The position numbers and the translations under genes are program-made. This document shows positions 56,094 to 64,000 of a stretch of DNA of 64,000 nt, piece after piece (within the stretch, counting starts at the first letter, position 1; the number at the start of each line of letters is the position of its first letter). The stretch lies in NCBI RefSeq assembly GCF_009914755.1, contig NC_060925.1; one strand, 5' to 3'. Source of the DNA: the human T2T-CHM13v2.0 reference genome, Homo sapiens. The notes under the pieces were generated by a model. The model was not told where the DNA came from and did not search any database. It saw nothing but the letters and a program-made list of their open reading frames with translations.

Positions 56094-56380
56094 CATCTCT
56101 AACCCCATCTTGATGTCTGCTTCTTAGAGGGCCCTGACTAGCAGTCCCCAACTCTGTGCAGGAGGTGGCAAAGAGAGTGGTTAAGAGCACAGGCTCTGGA
56201 GTCAGACTGCCTGGTTTGAAGCCCTGCCCTGCCATTTACTAACAGGCTGTCTAATTTCTCCCTGCCTCCATTTCATCAGCAACTTTGCCTCAGTTTCATC
56301 ATCTGTAAAATGAGGATAATAATAGTATATTAATCTCATAGCATTGTAGTTAGGATTAAACATGTTGTTATATTTAAATA

Positions 56381-58080
56381 CCATGAGATTTACAAAACAC
56401 TGCTGAAAGAAATCAGAGACAACACAAACAAATGGAAAAACATTCCATGCTTGTAGACAAGAAGAATCAGTATTGTTAAGATGGTCATACTGCCCAAAGC
56501 AATTTACAGATTCAATGCTATTCCTATTAAGCATAACAATGTCATTTTTTCACAGAATTTTAAAAAAACTACTCTAACATTCACATGGAACCAAAAAAGA
56601 GCCCGAATAGCCAAAGCAATCCTAAGCAAAATGAACAAAGCTGGAGGCATCACACTACCTGACTTCAAACTACACTACAAGTCTATAGTAACCAAAACAG
56701 CATAGTTCTGGTACAAAAACAGATACATAGAACAATGGAATAGGTTAGCAACCCCAGAAACAAAACCACACACTTAAAACCAACCATCTGATCTTCAACA
56801 AACTCAACAATAGCAAGCAATAGGGAAAAGACTCCCTATTCAATAAATGGTGCTGGGATAACTGTCTAGCTATATGCAGAAGATTGAAACTGGACTCCTT
56901 CCTTTCACCATATAAAAAAATCAACCCAAAATGAAGTAAAGACTTAAATGTAAGACCTAAAACTATAAAAACATTAGAAGAAAACTTAGGAAATACCATT
57001 CTGGACATAGGCCTTGGCAAAGATTTCAAGAAGTCTCCAAAAGCAATTGCAACAACAGAAAATTGACAAGTGAGTCATAATTAAAATGGAAGAGCTTCTG
57101 CATAGCAAAAGAAACAGAATAAAGAGAACCTATAGAATGGGAGAAATTATTCACAAACTATGCATCCAACAAAGGCCTAATATCTAGAATCTATAAAGAA
57201 CTTAAACCAACAACCAAAAAACGACCCCATTAAAAAAAAAAAGACAAAGGATATGAAAAAACCCTTCTCAAAAGAAGATATACACATGGTCAATGAGCAT
57301 GTGAAAAAATGCTCAACATCACTAATCACTAGATAAATTCAAGTCAAAACCATAATGAGATACCATCTCACACCAGTCAGACTGGCTATTATTAAAAGTT
57401 CAAAAAACTACAGATGTTGATGAGGCTTCAGAGAAAAGGGAATGTTTATACACTGCTATTGGAAATGTAAATTAGTTCAGCAACTGTGGAAAGCAGTTTG
57501 GAGAGTTCTCAAATAATTTAAAAAATAACTCTCATTTGACCCAGCAATCCCATTACTTGGTATATACCCAAAGGAATATAAACCGTTCTAGCAAAAAGAC
57601 ATATGCACATGTATGTTCATCACAACACTATCCACAATAGCAAATACATGGAATCAACTTAAATGCCCACCAACAATGGACTGGATAAAGAAAATGTGGT
57701 ATGTATACACCATGGAATACTATACAGCCATAAAAAATAAAATCATGTTATTTGCAGCAACATGTATGCAGCTGAAGGCCGTTATCTTAAGCAAACTAAC
57801 ACAGGAACAGAAAACCAAATATCACATGTTCTCACTTATAAGTGGGAGCTAAACCTTGAGTGCATATGGACATAAAAATGGGAACAACAGACCCTGAGGC
57901 CTACTTTGAGTGAGGGGAGGGTAAAGATTTAAAAAAAAACAAACCTACCTATTGGATACTATGCTCACTACCTGGGTGATGAAATCATTTGTACACCAAA
58001 CCCCAGCAACATGCAACTTACCCATGTAACAAACCTGCACGTGTACCCCCCAAACCTAAAATAAAAGCTGAGGAAAAAAA
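56381..58080 (+). mobile_element. 5'-truncated L1PA15/16-like element inserted in a MIR (56160-56380, 58081-58140)
   Basis: ORF2 peptides [15 protein letters not shown] and TQEQKTKYHMFSLISGS; 3'UTR GTACACCAAACCCCAGCAAC. Confidence 0.85.
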
Positions 58081-58297
58081 TAATATGTAAAGTACTTAGA
58101 ATGGTGCAAGGTTAGAAGGTCTATATAAACATCAGTTATTATAGAGCTTGTGTTTTAGTAAAGGAGATAGAGAAATATATAGAAAAAATACTAGGTGGTG
58201 AAAATACTAAGGTGAAAATCAGGAGAGTTATGTGATATGGTGACTAATGAACCATTTTAGATTTGGAAGCTAGGAAAGGTCAACAAGAAAGAATAAC

Positions 58298-58363
58298 TAG
58301 AAGTTATTCCATATATTGCTGAGTTCAGTATAGCTAAACTTGACTGTGCTCCAGCTGATCTGA
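58298..58363 (+). repeat. 66-bp direct repeat, copy 1 (copy 2 at 58954-59019)
   Basis: 60/66 identity by hand alignment. Confidence 0.9.
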
Positions 58364-59737
58364 GATCTGGGGAAGAATTGTTTAGCCAAAGCTAACAGCT
58401 TGTGTAAAGACCTGAAAGCAAGAATGAGTGGTCATGACTCAGACAAAACAAGAGGAACAGGGAATCTAAAGGATGGTAACAGTGGAGGAGACAGGTGAGG
58501 AGTCCAGGGATTCAGGCAGAAACCAGACAGAAGAGTCTCATTCCTTTCTTCTTTCATTAATTCATTCAGTGTGTATTTGGCAGCCACCCAACTAAGTACC
58601 AAGAACTGATAATTCTAGCTCTGAACTTTCTAGTCACATATTAGAGGTAACTTGAAGTAGTCAAGTCCTAGACAAAACTCACACAGGAGGCAAAACATTC
58701 CTCTAAAGACCGCCTCCTTCTTTGTGTTTTTGCATAACTTGATTCAAGTTTTCTGTCCTTTGCACATTTCTACTTATAGACATACTTATGATGAACATAG
58801 GCTTGTTTTTTATTTAAGTTTACCTTATAGATACTTCAGTTTTTAAAAATTATATATGGTGCTTAATACATATAAAATAACTAGATTCATTTTAGTTATC
58901 AAAGTTCTGATAGCTTGAAAACAACAACAACAAACAACTCTGACTAGTAGAATTAGAAATTATTCCATACATTGCTGAGTTCAGCATAGCTTAACTTGAC
59001 TGTGCTCCACTTGATCTGACCAGCAGTTAATGAATTCCTTTCATAAGGGGGTGGAGTTTGGTAACCCCTCTAGCAGTTTTATATAATAGTGTCTGAAACA
59101 CCCACTTAGGGGTATTTTTTATTTTACCTTGTGTTGCAGTCTAATGTGAAGCCAGAGATTAATGTTTTGCAACTTCAAGGTCTTAAGCAAGCACTTAATT
59201 CTGCATAACATAGAGCTTTCTCTGAACAGGCATAGCCATATAATTCATCAGGGTCTAAGTGTCCTCATTTATAAAAAAAGGTCTAATAAACATTTAATAT
59301 ATATTACATAAACATTTAATTTAAATATTAGCCTGAATGAGTCACACCTTCTCCAATGGAATCCCCTGAATCTGGAATGTGGGACAATGAGGAGATTATG
59401 AAGCTCTTTTGGGGTACGCTTTTTACCCACAAATTCAGTCAAGGTGAAAAAAATCTCTAACTGTAATTTCAGATGGGGAAGTGACAGCTAAAGTGGTGAA
59501 CTAGACAGAAAAACCACTAGGCTTTCATCTCAAATTAGAGCCTGAGGATAAGAATAGCTTTTGCAGCAATACTCACCTGGGCAAAATTACAAAGGACATT
59601 AGTTTCCAGGTCTCAAGCTGCAGTTGGCTATAGTGAGTCTTCCCTCAAGGGCTGCATACCTTCCTCTGATAAAATCTATGAACTCCCCCGGGAAGTCAGA
59701 GATTTCCTTGTTATATCTGCCTCTAATTGGGGTTCAG

Positions 59738-60160
59738 CCTCTTAGTCCATTTGTTGCCATGAAGGAATACCTGAGGCTGGGTGATTTGTAAAGAAAAAAG
59801 GCTTATTTGGATCATGGTTCTGCAGGCTGTACAAAGAGCATAATGTCAGTATCTGCTTCTGGTGTGGGCCTCAGGCTGCTTCCACTTATGGTGGAAGACA
59901 AAAGGGAGCTGGCTTGTGCAGAGAGCAGATGGTGAGAGAGGAGGCAAGAGAGATGGGAGGGGGGTGTCAGGATCTTTATAACAACTCTCTCTCATGAGAA
60001 CTAATGGAGCAATAACTCATTCATTACTGTGAGGATGGCACCAAGACGTTCATGAGGAATCTGCCCCTATTACCCAAACACTTCCCATTAGGCTCACTTC
60101 TAATATTGAGTATTGAATTTCAACACGAGGTTTGGAGGGTCAAATATCAAAACTATAGCA
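59738..60160 (-). mobile_element. MSTB-like MaLR LTR
   Basis: CTTAGTCCATTTG...GGAATACCTGAGGCTGGG...AAAACTATAGCA. Confidence 0.82.
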
Positions 60161-60612
60161 GGACCTGTGCTATTTACTAACCCTGTGGCATCAGTTGTTC
60201 AGTCTGCAAAATACAGCAACATATAACCGACACCTATCTTCCTCAAAGAGTTATGGTGAGTTTTTACCATAACTATATGTGAGGGAGAAAAGCAGTAACT
60301 TAGAGAACAAAGTGGGCAATGAAAAAAGCACTTCCTGGGATCTTAGCATTGAAAGGGAAGGATATAAGACTGATTATTCTCTAGACTAAACAAAGGGCCA
60401 TAGCAGCAGAAAGGAAATCGCTTCTAATATTGGATAATTGAGGAAGGAAAATAAAGCTTGCCTATATTGTGTTACTTGTTTGATTATGGAAATGAAAATA
60501 TCATTTTTACTAAGGTGGTTCTTTACCTGAAGCAGTGGCTCTCAAGTTTGATCGCTCCTCAGAGTCATTTCGTTGAGCCCAATCCCACACTTACTGAGAA
60601 TATCTGAGACCT

Positions 60613-63274
<2,662 letters not shown>

Positions 63275-63325
63275 GAGGGACTTGACCTTCTTTTGATTAG
63301 TGTGAGTGTGGTAATCATCTATCAT

Positions 63326-64000
63326 CATGGCAGATGGGAAGTAGGACTAGATTGCAGCTCTGACTCAGATGGACAGAGCAGCATGTGGAGGTTCACATTG
63401 TGAATTTTAGCTCCTGAACAACTGCAAGAACAAACCAGGAATCCCAAGAGGACCCAAAGACCCTCTGAAGGAAGTGGATTGCTCCTGAATGACCTGGGAG
63501 ACACCCCAAATACTGTGAGTGCCCAAACTGCAAAAGTGGGAAAGGGAGATCCTTCACTCTCAAGTGTACATCCCCACTAGGGAAACTGAAGGTGTAGTTT
63601 GTGGGAGAAGTTTCTGACCTTATCTGGAGCTGAGTCAACTTAGAATGCTGAGAAAAATACAGTGGCAGAGGAAGCAGTGGGAAAGGCCCTGGGAACTCTC
63701 GCAGGGTCCCCAAGCAGGCCATTCCTTCCTGGCACCACAAGGATCCTTCAGGAGGGTGGCCAGAGGCATGGGGAAAATGATACAGGGAGGAAGAAGTCTC
63801 CAGCTGAACTTTGTAACAATTTGAATGGGGCAAGAAGCCTCCTGGCCAGAACTCAGGGAGGGCATGAATCCAACATGCAGACTCCATAGGTGGGGGAAGA
63901 ACCAAAGCCCTTTTCTTTTGCAGCTGAGAGGTAGGTAGCCTGGGGCAAGTTCTCAAGCCCTACTTGCCCACTGCCTAGAAACATACTTGATGCTGTTGGG
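63326..64000 (+). mobile_element. L1PB (L1PBa-type) 5'UTR, running off the window
   Basis: ATGGCAGATGGGAAGTAGGACTAGATTGCAGCTC start, homologous to 26600-27300. Confidence 0.85.

Noticed and set aside
63393-63956. Longest ORF (187 aa, minus strand)
   Set aside because: Antisense to an L1PB 5'UTR; the homologous region at 26.7-27.3 kb is broken into short ORFs, so the frame is not conserved

Overview
Human genomic DNA (it carries a pristine AluYa5), mostly transposable-element derived, with no intact protein-coding gene visible. The ORF-track entries are chance ORFs or decayed L1, Alu or ERV fragments. The first ~5.5 kb is largely unique sequence with a candidate minus-strand promoter and spliced non-coding or 5'UTR exons. 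13.5-32.2 kb is a nested stack of L1s containing a 5'-deleted HERV9 provirus (integrase end, env, LTR12), an L1PB 5' end, an Alu and a tailless 7SK retrocopy. 40.2-46.6 kb is a full-length but inactive L1PA. I found no convincing new gene system. The least explained structures are local templated rearrangements (perfect hairpins, stacked palindromes, a permuted local duplication) and an L1 3' transduction. Repeat subfamily names and many boundaries come from recalled consensus sequences and are approximate.
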